63,119 bases of DNA, filler included, from Octopus bimaculoides (GCF_001194135.2; 6 parts of 6 records of this genome joined end to end with filler, not necessarily neighbours in it); one strand, 5' to 3'; numbered from the whole stretch's first letter, positions 1 to 12,776 are shown. Program-made: numbers and translations. Notes: generated from the letters alone by a model not told the origin.

Positions 1-378
1 ATATCATTTATTATTTATTTCGTCTTTGTTCTACGTCCATCGTCTTGAATTACATTTATTCAGTTTCGTATGTCTACTTCTGTATCGCCTATTCCATGTA
101 TTGTCTGTTCTCATCCTATATTCTCTGCAAATTTCGCGGCCACCGGCAGCATGGAAAACATCTCAGTCTTATCATTAAGGATTTAAAACTGAGTAATATC
201 ACCTGATTCATAACAGATGAAGAATTACAGCCCTTCTGTGTCTGTTTTCCGTCCGTTTCTCCACTCAATACACCTTTTTCCGTTCGTCTGTGCAGTCAGT
301 ATACGTTTGTTTTTTTACTTTTCCTTCGTGCATTTACTATACATTTATTCATACACACTCACACACACACACACCCAC

Positions 379-409
<31 letters not shown>

Positions 410-1112
410 AATACATACATACATATATGTTCACGTGCGTGTGTTCTGTTTGAGTTGTACACATGTATGGATGTATGGGTATACATGCGCACATATATAT
501 CTGTGTGTATTGATGTGGATATGCGTCTATTGCTCTACACATTGGAAACCCCATTATAGTAACTTTATCGTATAATATTCATCAAGCAAAGCTTGATTTT
601 GGGTCTAATGTAATTTGAAACCATTACATCATGAAATAAGTTAAATATTTCCCTGAGTAATTTTCTTCTACTCATCTAAGGAACCGAGGTGGGGTGGAGT
701 CGTTTGACAATTTTATAATCATTACAGTGGTATTTGTTGAAATCCTTATTTCAACACCTACTTGCAAGAACTAGAGTTACCTTTACCGATGCTGTTTACT
801 TTGCTTCGATGTTGGTGCTCATGTTTATCGGCATAGTAAATTCAGGCTTGAGACGAATTTGGGCTTGATCTTGAATGAATATAAAATGTGCTTCAATAAA
901 GTTGATAATTGTGATATTAATGTCGGAAATAGTATTCACCGTCAACGAATAACCTTCTGCGACCAATACGGGTCTTTTTACGCCGAGCATGCAAGAATGA
1001 CTATATGTAGGTGCCTATGTGCCTATCAAGTTATCATCTATGTGACCGCTCTCTCACCATCCCTTTCTCTCCGTCTCTCTCTCTCTCTATATATATATAT
1101 ATACACACAAAC

Positions 1113-1161
<49 letters not shown>

Positions 1162-1998
1162 AATGTGTGTGTATGTGTATGTATATGTGTGTATGTGTGT
1201 GTATGTATGTGTGTGTGTGTTTGTGTGTGGATCCAACTATCCATCCATCTGGCTCTCTAGTTAACCAGCTATAGAACTATATTTCTATATGTCTTAACAT
1301 CTCCTCTTTCCCACACTGTATCTACATATTTTCCATTTTACGTCATGTGTTCGTAACCATTCCTCATCTATTCTTCTTTTAATATTCTTTAGTGCATACT
1401 CCCTTGCATCCCACACTCTCAACCAAGACACACCCCACAGCCACCCACATTTTTTTTTCATTAGTCGATTATTCATTACATCCAATTCATTTCTGAAGAG
1501 CAAAGCGTTTATTCAATCAGAACGCCAGATTAAACGCTCATAGTGTAATGGCAGTGTATACTTGTATGCATAACAAGCAGTGGAGGGTAACAGGCAGTTA
1601 TGTAAATATTAATAGGAAAACAAGAAAACAAAACATGCCAAAAGAATGGCTACCTAAGTTCCATATCCACATCATTTCCCTGTAAACAAATATCTCCCCT
1701 CTCTCTTCTATATGCAGCAAAAGACAAAAACAAAAACAACGAAGATAAAAAGAGAAACATTAACTTTGGTTCATAGTTTCGGTTATTATACAGAAAGGCG
1801 CCAACAATGTTATTATGAAGTGAGAAATGCGTGGGGTAGCGGAGAGAGTTGATTACCGAATGTATTGTAATAGATGCATGACTGTCTGTTTGTCCGTCCG
1901 TCCGTCTCTCCCTCCGTCTGTCTACCTTACTGTCTATCTATTTCTCTATCACCCTATCTGTTTATTTATCTGCCTACCTACCTTACTATCATTCACAA

Positions 1999-2055
<57 letters not shown>

Positions 2056-2363
2056 CTTTCTCTCTTTCTCTTTCACGCGCTCCTCTCTCTCTCATTCTGT
2101 ATATATATATANNNNNNNNNNNNNNNNNNNNNNNNNNNNNNNNNNNNNNNNNNNNNNNNNNNNNNNNNNNNNNNNNNNNNNNNNNNNNNNNNNNNNNNNN
2201 NNNNNNNNNNNNNNNNNNNNNNNNNNNNNNNNNNNNNNNNNNNNNNNNNNNNNNNNNNNNNNNNNNNNNNNNNNNNNNNNNNNNNNNNNNNNNNNNNNNN
2301 NNNNNNNNNNNNNNNNNNNNNNNNNNNNNNNNNNNNNNNNNNNNNNNNNNNNNNNNNNNNNNN

Positions 2364-2688
2364 AACAACCTGCTCGTGAAATTAACGTGCAAGTGGCTGA
2401 GCACTCCACAGACACGTGTACCCTTAACGTAGTTCTCGGGGATATTCAGCGTGACACAGTGTGACAAGGCTGACCTTTTGAATTACAGGCACAACAGAAA
2501 CAGGAAGTAAGAGTGAGAGAAAGTTGTAGTGGAAGAGTACAGCAGGGTTCGCCACCATCCCCTGCCGGAGCCTCGTGGAGCTTTAGGTGTTTTCGCTCAA
2601 TAAACACTCACAACGCCCGGTCTGGGAATCGAAACCGCGATCCTATGACCGCGAGTCCGCTGCCCTAAGCACTGGGCCATTGCGCCTC
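2364..2688 (-). mobile_element. tRNA-derived SINE, family A (tRNA-Arg-like head, OR-type by inference); 3' tail lost in gap
   Basis: Minus strand begins GAGGCGCAATGGCCCAGTGCTTAGGGCAGCGGACTCGCGG...GGTTTCGATTCCC (A box, B box). The body is near-identical to copies at 37.4, 49.5 and 54.0 kb. Confidence 0.85.
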
Positions 2689-3191
2689 TATCTCCGCTTA
2701 ATGACAGAAACAAAAAGAACATAAGGGGTAATACACATTAAGAGCCAATGTTATTCACGATGGCTGGGATGATCAGAAATGAAGCATCGTTTGTCATAAG
2801 TTCATACGATTGAGGAAGGCCAGGAAGCAAAAGACAGATGATATGATGTATACAGCTTATTTTGCTTTGACAGTCCGTGTTTCGTCTGAAAGTGCAGAAA
2901 AAATGCTTTGTCGGCATCATTCCAAAGACATGAATGCCTTTTAAAGTACTGTTAGAAGCAGTAACATTATCGGAGTGCTAAAATTATATTTCGCTATGTA
3001 AGGAACTGACGCAGATATATGGTGCAATGAAGAAATATTTATACCCGCTTAAACGCGGATGTTCTGTTAGAACAAATTTACTGCGTTAGTTATCATGAGA
3101 AACTCTCATTTAGGCGTTTGGTGCAGAACGTATGCTTCTTTGCTTATATCGCCAGCAGTGAGATAAGTTCTCATCAACTCCAGTGCCGAGA

Positions 3192-3239
3192 TCACCAGAG
3201 CACGTGATTTCGACCTTCCTTGGTCTCATCAATGATTGA
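3192..3239 (-). ncRNA. Degenerate type I hammerhead ribozyme-like motif
   Basis: Minus: TCAATCA-TTGATGA-GACC(AAGGAA)GGTC-GAAA-TCACGTGC-TC-TGGTGA. Stem II is perfect. Deviations: U at core position 3, one stem III mismatch and a bulged stem I. Confidence 0.5.
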
Positions 3240-4130
3240 CGCTCAACCGCTGGAGACTGCAGCGATTCATCACCCCACCAGCGGTATATAGAAAACCAGT
3301 GCCAGAAGAGGCACGGGTGTCGCGACTAGACTCTGAGCACGTTAAAAAATCTATATTAGCGACAGATATTGTATTAATGCCCAGAGTTAATATTTATTCC
3401 CATATCTATTCCATTTGAGTAGAAGTATATACATATGCAAGCCTCCGTATTTAATCGATACATACACGTGGATTATTTGCTAAAGTTGAACATCTAATTC
3501 CGTTTTGAATATGAATATATATTGTCAAACAAAACGCGACCTCACACACACATACACATATACACACTCATACACACACACACACACCCTCCCCAACACA
3601 TATTCATTGATTATGTATGCATGTTGAATACCTACTTTTGTTATGATTATAGATACAATTATACAGCCATAGCACACGCAAGTGCATATGCGAGAGAGCG
3701 ACAGTCATAAATAAACAGCTAAACCGTTAGTTATAAACCTCACTCGATAGTGTACGGCTGTCTGTGTACCTACTGTATGCAAGAATACGAATAACGGCAT
3801 AAGCGCAGTTTATACTAAAGCCATATATTTTTCTATAAAACCTAAGTTGTTCTCTTGTCAGTTTTGACGAATAAGGTTTCCAGTGCATTGTGCAACAGGA
3901 CCGTCTACACATTGTAGTATAGTGTCATGAGTTGAACATTCTACAGGCATTTCAACATGTAATGATCTACTATGATCTTCCGACACAATCATTGTGTCAC
4001 AGTTTATGATAAGGTTAACCATTCAAAGTACGGCAAAAGTCTAGCCAACAGATTTTCACATAGTGTATTTCACTATCAGTTTCACTTATGAAAGTTGAGT
4101 TGATCCTACGTTGCTCTAGATTCCAGAACA

Positions 4131-4244
4131 TCGTCGGATCAACATTGTCGGATCAACTCGTCGGATCAACTCGTCGGATCAACTCGTCGAATCAACTCGT
4201 CGGATCAACTCGTCGAATCAACTCGTCGGATCAACTCGTCGGAT
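4131..4244. repeat. 13-bp tandem repeat (GTCGGATCAACTC), about 8.5 units
   Basis: Units start at 4133, 4147, 4160, 4173, 4186, 4199, 4212, 4225 and 4238; two carry a G>A variant. Confidence 0.95.
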
Positions 4245-4279
4245 TAAGGTATATTCTAGAATATAGAATACACTTTTCC

Positions 4280-4680
4280 ACGGCACCACTTCAGAGACTT
4301 GCGAACATCTTGCTAGAAGAAGTGTTACCAATCGAAAACTCCGCATAATGAACGCCAGTAAGTTTGAGAGGTCGTCAGGAAAGAGTGCATACGGTTTCGG
4401 AGAATTCCAGCAACACCGGTTCCCCTACTAATCGACTGACTAGTATTCGATCTTATGTCCTTCATCTCAAGCCCGTCGACACCTTTCAAATTATAGAGTC
4501 ATACAGGTTTGACTTGCCTTTCAGGCATCTAAAGACCTGACTCATGCCTATGCATCACTTCTCTAACCAACTAGTTGAGCCAGAAGCTTGATGGCTGTGA
4601 AGCAAAAATTAGCCGCGTGTGCCAGTGATCTCTAAAATAAGTCAGTGTAATTTCGTTTCAAGAAGACGCCCCAATAACAA
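4280..4680 (+). mobile_element. Decayed 3' end of an RTE-like LINE
   Basis: Broken translation loosely resembles an RTE ORF C-terminus. It ends in TTCGTTTCAAGAAGACGCC followed by an AATAACAA tail, like RTE 3' ends. Confidence 0.4.
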
Positions 4681-5491
4681 TAGAATGGTTGCAGATGACT
4701 ATACATATGCCAAATGGTGCTATAAAAGCACCAGTCAGTAGTCATGTATATATATATGACAAGAAAAGATAACCACAAAACAACTCAGTTATGAAAGGAA
4801 TATCAGTTTAATCCAGAATTTAATTATTGTACATGAGAGCCGAATTCTTCTTATCATTTTAATTTAAACTGGCAGGATTACGTTTCATCAAAACTAGTGC
4901 AATCTCCACGTAAATATAATTTTTTCCCCGCTCTTTTTTATCGATAAGTAGACATTACATTTCGTTGTTAAAAATAAAGCGCCTGTGTCTCTAGATAAGC
5001 TTCACTTAGGCGATTCTCGCCCTACGGAGGTTCACAGGGATTTTTATCTCTAAAGTATCATAGACTGGCAGGAAATATTTACATCAGCGTTTCACAGTAA
5101 TCCACTGTGTTAACCTACTTTCTAAGACATATAGGCACAGCACCGTATCTAACGAACACACACGCACGCACACACACACACACACACAGACACACACACA
5201 CACAAATGCACACACGCAAGCATATATACATCCATATGTAATTATACATGTATACATATATACGCATACACGTATACATACATACATGCATATATATGTA
5301 TATATATATATATATATATATNNNNNNNNNNNNNNNNNNNNNNNNNNNNNNNNNNNNNNNNNNNNNNNNNNNNNNNNNNNNNNNNNNNNNNNNNNNNNNN
5401 NNNNNNAACAGAAAAAGTTCGGAGTCGTAGATAATTCAATTAAAAGTGTAGTGTAGGTTGTATTTTTAAACAGAAATTTCAAAGATTTAGA

Positions 5492-5557
<66 letters not shown>

Positions 5558-5959
5558 CATCGTGTGTTGAGTGTTTATGTAGATGCATGCACATATGCTG
5601 TTAATGTTGAAAAGTATTCTGGAAAAGAATTAGTCCCTTCGATTGACCAATGCTGGCATAAACACTACAATTCTTAGAGCAACTAGTCAATTTTCGTTGC
5701 TTTAATCGTTTTGCTATAATTAAAAAAAATAGCAACGGATGATTCCACTGGCCATCCGTTAGTCTGGTTGTAATCTTCCTTGGATGTAGCTTCAGTTTTC
5801 GAGTGGTTTTTGGTGCTTTACCATGTACCAAACGTCAGCGCAAAACGCCTCCTTGCTTCCTAGAAAATCTATTTTACTTCACATGTCACATTATAATCAA
5901 TAAATGGATCGTTTCTGTTACAAAAACTTACACAGCAAACTTTATAAACACCACTTCCT

Positions 5960-6165
5960 ACCTACCATAAGCACAAGGCCTGAAATTTTGTCGGGGAGAT
6001 GGTAGTGATTACATCAACCCCAATACGCGGTTTGTAGTTATTTTTTCGACCATGGTTGAATGATATAGTCAATCACGGTGGCATTTGAACTCTAAACGGG
6101 AAAACGTATGAAATACCTCTAAGCATTTGGTCCGCTGTGCTAACGATTCTACCAAATACACCGCC
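5960..6165 (-). mobile_element. Decayed SINE family C copy
   Basis: Degenerate reverse-complement match to the copies at 26.66 and 27.76 kb. Confidence 0.55.
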
Positions 6166-7357
6166 TTACGAAACTTCAGATATAAAAACAAGTTTTTTTC
6201 TTTCAACACATGCGACAGAAATTTGTCGAAGTTTGTTTATCTTTCGAACATGGTGCCAAAGCCAAACAAGCAGTGAATAGTGAAGGATTAGTTCTGAAGC
6301 CTCCCAGGTGTTTACGACGGCCCGTTTTAATGAGTGAATGTTATCGCAGACAATCGTCGGAGCCCTTCTTCATCTTCCAGGTTTATCGTTTACGTTACGA
6401 CAGTTTTGGGAACCAATATTACGTTGCCTAAAACTTGAAGGCCTTCTGATTTGTATTTCTTGATAATGCAAGTAGTATCGCCTATATGCATACATTATCT
6501 CCTGTTCGCATTCGATTTCGTACTCACACAATAAAATCGGTAAAATTTGCGGCTAATTTCTTTCTTTTCCTAATTTAAATTTGACAACCTAAAACAAGCC
6601 AGAACAGACAGTAACGGTGGTAGCTTTATTATATACTACTCTACCCAAGTATGCGTTGCAAAATGATATATTACATGAATTTAGTTTAAAGAGAGTTTAT
6701 TCCCAACTAATCTCCAGGATTTTAAATATCTTTACGCGAATTTAAAATAGAAATTGATAACGTATATTTTGCTATCTCCTGATATACATCGGAGGTGTAC
6801 TTTGTGAAATACTTTTAAATATATGAAACTGAGAATCGTATGAGAAATGGCAATGAGCGCTTTATTAGCTGTACCGACACACGTCTATGCAACACAGAGT
6901 AGTTATAACTGCAGTGTATATTATACGTCATACGGAACATTCGAGAAAACCCACGGTGCTATGGCGTCTTTTTACCTATCATCTTGTAATTTTAGTCTAA
7001 CAGTGTATCTGTTTATCACTCATTCTCTCTTGCTCTCACTCTCACTCTCTTTCTCTCTATATATGTATATTTACACTCATATCTATGTGTGTGCATATAT
7101 ATACGTATATGTATGTATATGTGTGTATATAGACATACAGACATACTTTTATATAGAGGATTACTGTCTGTCTATCACTCTCTGACGAAACAGCTGATTA
7201 CAGTTGAAACTTAATATCTTAACGCTGAGGTAAATCAAAGATTCATATTTATTTTAGTGTGAATCCTAATTATTTTTTGGGTGTATTATATTTGCTTGTA
7301 TAACAGAATGTACCCTATATCTGTGGGAGTATGTATATGTGTTCGTTATATGTATGT

Positions 7358-7420
<63 letters not shown>

Positions 7421-7672
7421 AATATGCATGTATGTATATATATGTATGTATACGTGTATATATATATACATATATATATATGAATATATATATATGTGTA
7501 TACATAATATATATATCTATACATAAATACGTGCGTACATATATGCACATGCATAAACATATATATATATACACACATACTCGCACACATACATATAAGT
7601 GCAAATATAATAATATACGATGAAATTATGTATTTTGAGCGTATATGTGCATGATGTGTGCTTGTATATAAA

Positions 7673-7708
<36 letters not shown>

Positions 7709-8189
7709 TNNNNNNNNNNNNNNNNNNNNNNNNNNNNNNNNNNNNNNNNNNNNNNNNNNNNNNNNNNNNNNNNNNNNNNNNNNNNNNNNNNNNNNNNNNN
7801 NNNNNNNNNNNNNNNNNNNNNNNNNNNNNNNNNNNNNNNNNNNNNNNNNNNNNNNNNNNNNNNNNNNNNNNNNNNNNNNNNNNNNNNNNNNNNNNNNNNN
7901 NNNNNNNNNNNNNNNNNNNNNNATAGTATAAATGTTAAGAGAAAATGAAATAGATAAAGACATGGGGTTAAGACAGCAACGACTGGTTTGAAGAGTAAAG
8001 CCCGATTACGTTAACTCTGTTGTTTGTACAGTTCATGATAGTCTACTTCTTCCTCTCTAATTACGAAGGGCGTTGGCCAGAGAAAACTAAGTATTAAAAG
8101 CAAAAGGAAAATGGAAATTAGTTTGTTCTTCTTTGAGAATAACAGTCGTATAAGGGTAAATAATTCATTATTGCTATTTTTATCATCAT

Positions 8190-8590
8190 TAAGGCCGCGA
8201 ATTAGCAGAATCGGTAGCACGATCGAGAAAAATGTATAGCTTTATTTCGTCCGTCTTTATGTCTCGAGTTCAAATTCGACCGAGGTCGACCTTGCCTTTC
8301 ATCGCTTCGGGGTCGATAAAATAAGTATCTGCTAAAATGTGGAGTAATTGTAATCAATTCGAAACTTTCAGGCCTTGTGTCAACAGAAGAAATTATTATC
8401 TTGAGCTAGCAGACTCGTTAATCGCGCCGGACGAAATGTTTAGTGATATTTCGCTTCGTTCTGAGTTCGAATTCGGGCGAGGTCACCTTTACCTTTTATC
8501 CTTTAGGGGTCGATAAAATTGAACACTGGAGTTGGTATAATTGACTCATCCTTTCCCCTAAAATTGCTGTTTTCGTGGCAAAATTTGAAA
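8190..8590 (+). mobile_element. Two tandem copies of SINE family C (tRNA head plus Nin/Inv-domain-like core)
   Basis: Each has ...AGCAGA(A/C)TCG...AGC(A/G)CG...GAGTTC(A/G)AATTCG.(C/G)CGAGGTC-ACCTT-CCTTT...GGGGTCGATAAAA, matching the 26.66 kb copy. Confidence 0.75.
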
Positions 8591-8604
8591 CCATTATTAT
8601 TATT

Positions 8605-9119
8605 GAGTGAGAGAGCAAAACATGCAATCAAAGTGACACTGGGGTAAAATATACGAAGCCCAGAATACACATAATGACTACCCGTCTGATAAGGGTACAT
8701 CAGGCACATGCATCACAACCATATATGCATGACATGGTGATCTCATATCAAGATTAATAGCGTATGACCTTGCAGGTGGGGCCCAGTTAGAATTTCTTCA
8801 GGTCGAGTAGCCCATCCCGTTCAAAAGGTCCCTGAATAAGATTTGTTTAAGGATGTTGAGCAAAACACCCATGTTTCCAAAGGTGAATTATTCAAACCCC
8901 AAAGAATTCCTCTCAACACATGGCTATGATGCTCCCCCACTACTGCTCAGGATCCTAGATGCACATATCGTCAGCCACCAAGGGACATGCTCAACTGGTT
9001 AAGGTCAAACAACTGACAAGCAAATCTGTGGTATTAAGCAGAATGTACATGATAACACTTCCAATCAATTAAGATCAGAAGCCACGCGAGCCACTGCCTG
9101 GTACTGCATCGGGGCATAC

Positions 9120-9120
<1 letters not shown>
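8605..9120 (+). mobile_element. Unclassified interspersed repeat, probably a retroposon with an (AAT)n tail
   Basis: About 515 bp of complex non-coding sequence running directly into (AAT)n at 9121. Single copy in this window; classification is inference. Confidence 0.45.

Positions 9121-9204
<84 letters not shown>
9121..9204. repeat. (AAT)n abutting (TTA)n, forming a palindromic microsatellite
   Basis: Seen directly in the sequence. Confidence 0.95.
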
Positions 9205-9205
<1 letters not shown>

Positions 9206-9627
9206 TTCACAACTCTGTCAAACTTGGAAATACTACAATACGAGTATATTGTGTCTTTGTCTTTTTAACATTTTACCTTCAAATGGTTATTTTTTTAAGT
9301 ATGTGATCCTCATTTACATGTTATATTTTAATTAAACGACACACGTTTTATTGTTTATTACATATTTTAAATATAGTTTTATTGTTTCTTTCAATTAATT
9401 AAACAGTTAATTAAAATGTGAAAATAAACAACTTGCGTTTCTTTAAACTTTTTGCGTTGCCAACGAATTTTGAAAGCTTCTATCAGGTCATTAAGAATGA
9501 AACGTCCGATTTTCTTATGCACCAAGTTTGACAGTCGTTACCTCTAATCTTTTATCCTGACAATTCTTTTCATTGTGTCTGATTATATTGGGAGAAAATT
9601 TGACAACCCTCATACACCAGAAGAGGC

Positions 9628-10010
9628 CTAAGCAGCAAACGGGGAAATCCAATTTTCCAGTAAGTAGCGCTTGAAGTGGACCCATTTAGAAAACATTTCT
9701 TTAGAACTATTTAACGCGCCAGGTTTCGTATCGTCCTTAAAAATGTTGGCTGTCTCCGCGATGCGGATCTTGCAACAGCCCTGATAATCAATTAATTTCC
9801 ACCTGATATGACACGGAGTCCCTTGATCTTTGAGGTGTCACACATAGCGTGGCCGGGACGTCACAAACCGTCTGATGGGACTCTGGAGGATGACTGGTGG
9901 TTAAGAAAAGATCGCTTGAAAGAAGCACTGGCAGATCAAATATATTTACAAACAGAATCTGACGAGCTATGAACAAGGCTTTGGCTTGTTTATTAGGATG
10001 CGAGACCATG
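9628..10010 (-). pseudogene. Penelope-like element GIY-YIG endonuclease C-terminal remnant (type distinct from the 10.4 kb element)
   Basis: Frameshifted minus translation CKYI*SASASFKRSFLNHQSS...YV*HLKDQGTPCHIRWKLIDYQGCCKIRIAETA...ALNSSKEMFSKWVHFKRYLLENW. This matches the PLE pattern YIG..F..R..NH..S/YIW.LK..W/C.LC..EK/LN.R.E..S.C.H. Confidence 0.7.
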
Positions 10011-10047
10011 GGTAACTCTATGTCCGAGATATGAAATTTTATTGTAA

Positions 10048-10103
<56 letters not shown>

Positions 10104-10109
<6 letters not shown>

Positions 10110-10359
10110 TATTTCATTAGACGGATACTTGTCCTCATCTTGTTGTTAACACAACGTTTCGGCTTATATACCCTCCAGCCTTTATCAGGTGTCCTGGGAA
10201 AATTTCGAACCTGCGTTCTCATTCCTAAGGTATTTTTTGATGTCATTATTATTATTATTATTATTATCATTATTATTATTATTATTCTGGTCACTGGCTG
10301 GAATCGAATTCGGAATCTTGGGTTTAGTACCCCGTGCTCTTAACCACTACGCCATGGGC
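10104..10359 (-). mobile_element. tRNA-head plus hammerhead module (family E) lying just downstream of the Penelope ORF
   Basis: Minus: CCCATGGCGTAGTGGTTAAGAGCACGGG...GAATTCGATTCC, an (AAT)n spacer, then ...GACACCTGATAAAGGCTGG...GCCGAAACGTTGTGTT. Homologous to 51403-51636. Confidence 0.85.
10148..10193 (-). ncRNA. Type I minimal hammerhead, probably inactivated copy (CUGAUAA core)
   Basis: Same as the 51538-51583 motif but with G8>A and a stem II mismatch. Confidence 0.7.
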
Positions 10360-10424
10360 AATTATGGAGTGAATTTTAGGGCTTATAAATGTAATATTTT
10401 CCTATCCTTCCTTAATACCGGTTC

Positions 10425-11125
10425 TCATATGCTACTCATATCTGCACTCGGTCTGCTTAGGAGGTTGTTGTGTCCTAGCATATGTGCTGCTTCTTTTAAT
10501 TTTCGTATTTTCCAGTGGTGTTCTCTGTCTATTATTTTAACTTCATCCCACAGGGGAAGGTGGTCTCCATTTTTCCATACATGATCAACTATACCCGATT
10601 TATAAATATCTCCCCGTGTCACAGCTTTACGATGTTCCTCTACCATTATTTTGAGGGGGTGACATGTTTCACCTTTGTATAAACTACCACAGCTGCATGG
10701 GATGGAGTACCCGCAGTTTTTTGTCATATTCTCTTCTATTGATGGTTTTACTCGAAGGAGATATTTGCGAAGTGTTGTATTACTCCTGAATACTGTCCTG
10801 ATGTCAAATGGGCCGCATATCTTTTGTATCTTTTCGGAGAGGCCTTTCATATAGGGTAGACAGACTGCGGTTAGCTTATTGTTTTTAGCCTCTCTTTTCT
10901 TCATAATTGGAGTGAATGGTATGTTTTGGGGGTAGTTGTTCCTTCATAGATGTTACTGAGCTTGATCATTTCTTCGTGGTGGGTATTACGATCGCTACTT
11001 ATATTCTTTGCTCGATGTTTTAGGCACTGAGCAATCCCTCTCTTTACACTGTATGGATGGTGGGAATTGAAGCTGAGGTATCGTCCAATGAAGGTCGGCT
11101 TGCGGTATACGGATGTCCTGAAATC
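10425..11125 (-). mobile_element. Penelope-like retroelement 3' part: RT thumb/linker plus GIY-YIG endonuclease (5'-truncated, frameshifted)
   Basis: ORF 10425-10904 reads LPYMKGLSEKI...CGYSIPCSCGSLYKGET...EEHRK...DHVW...WDEVKIIDRE..WKIRKLKEAAH. Upstream frame reads TSVYRKPTFIGRYLSFNSHHPYSVKRGI. Both are hallmark PLE motifs. Confidence 0.93.
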
Positions 11126-11537
11126 ATATTTGGTACGTGTTATTAATACGTCCAGGAATGCTAGCTGGTTGCCTTTTACCTTTTAAATTGTGAACTGTAC
11201 GGATGGCTTTATTGAATTCACATGATCTAAGAGCACTTGGACATATATATATATATATATATATATANNNNNNNNNNNNNNNNNNNNNNNNNNNNNNNNN
11301 NNNNNNNNNNNNNNNNNNNNNNNNNNNNNNNNNNNNNNNNNNNNNNNNNNNNNNNNNNNNNNNNNNNNNNNNNNNNNNNNNNNNNNNNNNNNNNNNNNNN
11401 NNNNNNNNNNNNNNNNNNNNNNNNNNNNNNNNNNNNNNNNNNNNNNNNNNNNNNNNNNNNNNNNNNNNNNNNNNNNNNNNNNNNNNNNNNNNNNNNNNNN
11501 NNNNNNNNNNNNNNNNNNNNNNNNNNNNNNNNNNNNN

Positions 11538-11572
<35 letters not shown>

Positions 11573-12776
11573 GTATGCATATATCAAACTTATTACAAAG
11601 ATCTTTGAGGATCTGGTAATAGGTCATATTTATTTTATATTCAGCAGTGAATATAGGAATAGATTTGGAATTATAATGTCATGTTCTAAATCCTACCATA
11701 CCTGTTGCTAAGTCATATAAAAATCTGCCAGAGAATCCCCTACGCGGATTAATGACATGAAAGAACAGAAGCTAAATCACTTACAGTTTCAGAAATGCTA
11801 AGTCACGAAGGAATTTTAACTTTGAAGATAAAAACGAACAAAATGCCTCTAAGCATTTTGTTCGGCATGCTAATGATTCTGTCGGCATGCCAATGATTCT
11901 CTCATATACATACATTCAAAATATTGAAAATCAGATTGTTCTGATATTTTGACAAGAAATCCACCCGTATTAAGATATTTCAAGAATTATGAACACAAAA
12001 TATAGATAATATGACGAACAACATACGAGCCTCTTATTTGGATTATCACCCCGCTAGAAATAGATACCAAATATCCCTCAAAGCACAACATAGTATATTT
12101 AACAAATAAAATAGGATAGTGCAGTGCCAGACACACAGACTAGGAAGACAACGAAAGTCAGGCTTGGAATTTCTTTGATCATTAACATTGTTTCATCATG
12201 ACTGACTCGGAAGAAAGCAACGATATCAGTAGTACCTCCACCACTAACACCCTCAGCACCACCACCATCACCACCACCAAAAACAACAACTACAACAACA
12301 GCGGCAACAGCAGCAACTATAGGATGAAAAGCAAAAATAAGCATACTAATAAAAAGCATAAATTTAAAGATCTTTATATAACTTTCATAGTTTACGTTAA
12401 TTTCTGTACAAATAAATGTTTGGTGGTTTTGTTAGTGTAAGGATTATATAAAATATAGGTTTAGGAAGGCGTATTTTATCTGCTTGACAGTAATGTCTTT
12501 GTACAAGGCTTGTGATGGGTTAGTAGGCTGAGGTCAACTCGTAAAAAATTTCTGTTTGGCAGGACAACGACAAAAACAACAACCGATACGTTGTTCAAGA
12601 ACAAAAGCAGAGACATTAGGAACAACAACGAAACTGGCATGATAATAATAGGCATAGAAAATTTATTTCTGGTTTCTGGGTTATATATGTATATAAGTAG
12701 GTACGTGTGTGTACACATACACACACACACACGCGCGCGCACACACACCACACACACAAACATAAATATAAATGTA

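Noticed and set aside
770-1010. Non-repeat patch with open frames on both strands, one hydrophobic
   Set aside because: No recognisable domain, weak splice sites, and stops in the hydrophobic frame.
2740-3150. Possible decayed mariner transposase
   Set aside because: I could not recover diagnostic motifs or TIRs by eye.
4131-4244. CRISPR-like appearance of the short repeats
   Set aside because: Head-to-tail repeats without spacers in a eukaryotic context; this is a minisatellite.
6375-6470. Good acceptor followed by LSFTLRQFWEP, loosely like a Cys-loop receptor strand
   Set aside because: Lacks the conserved D-x-R-L, has no clear donor before a stop, and no partner exons were found.
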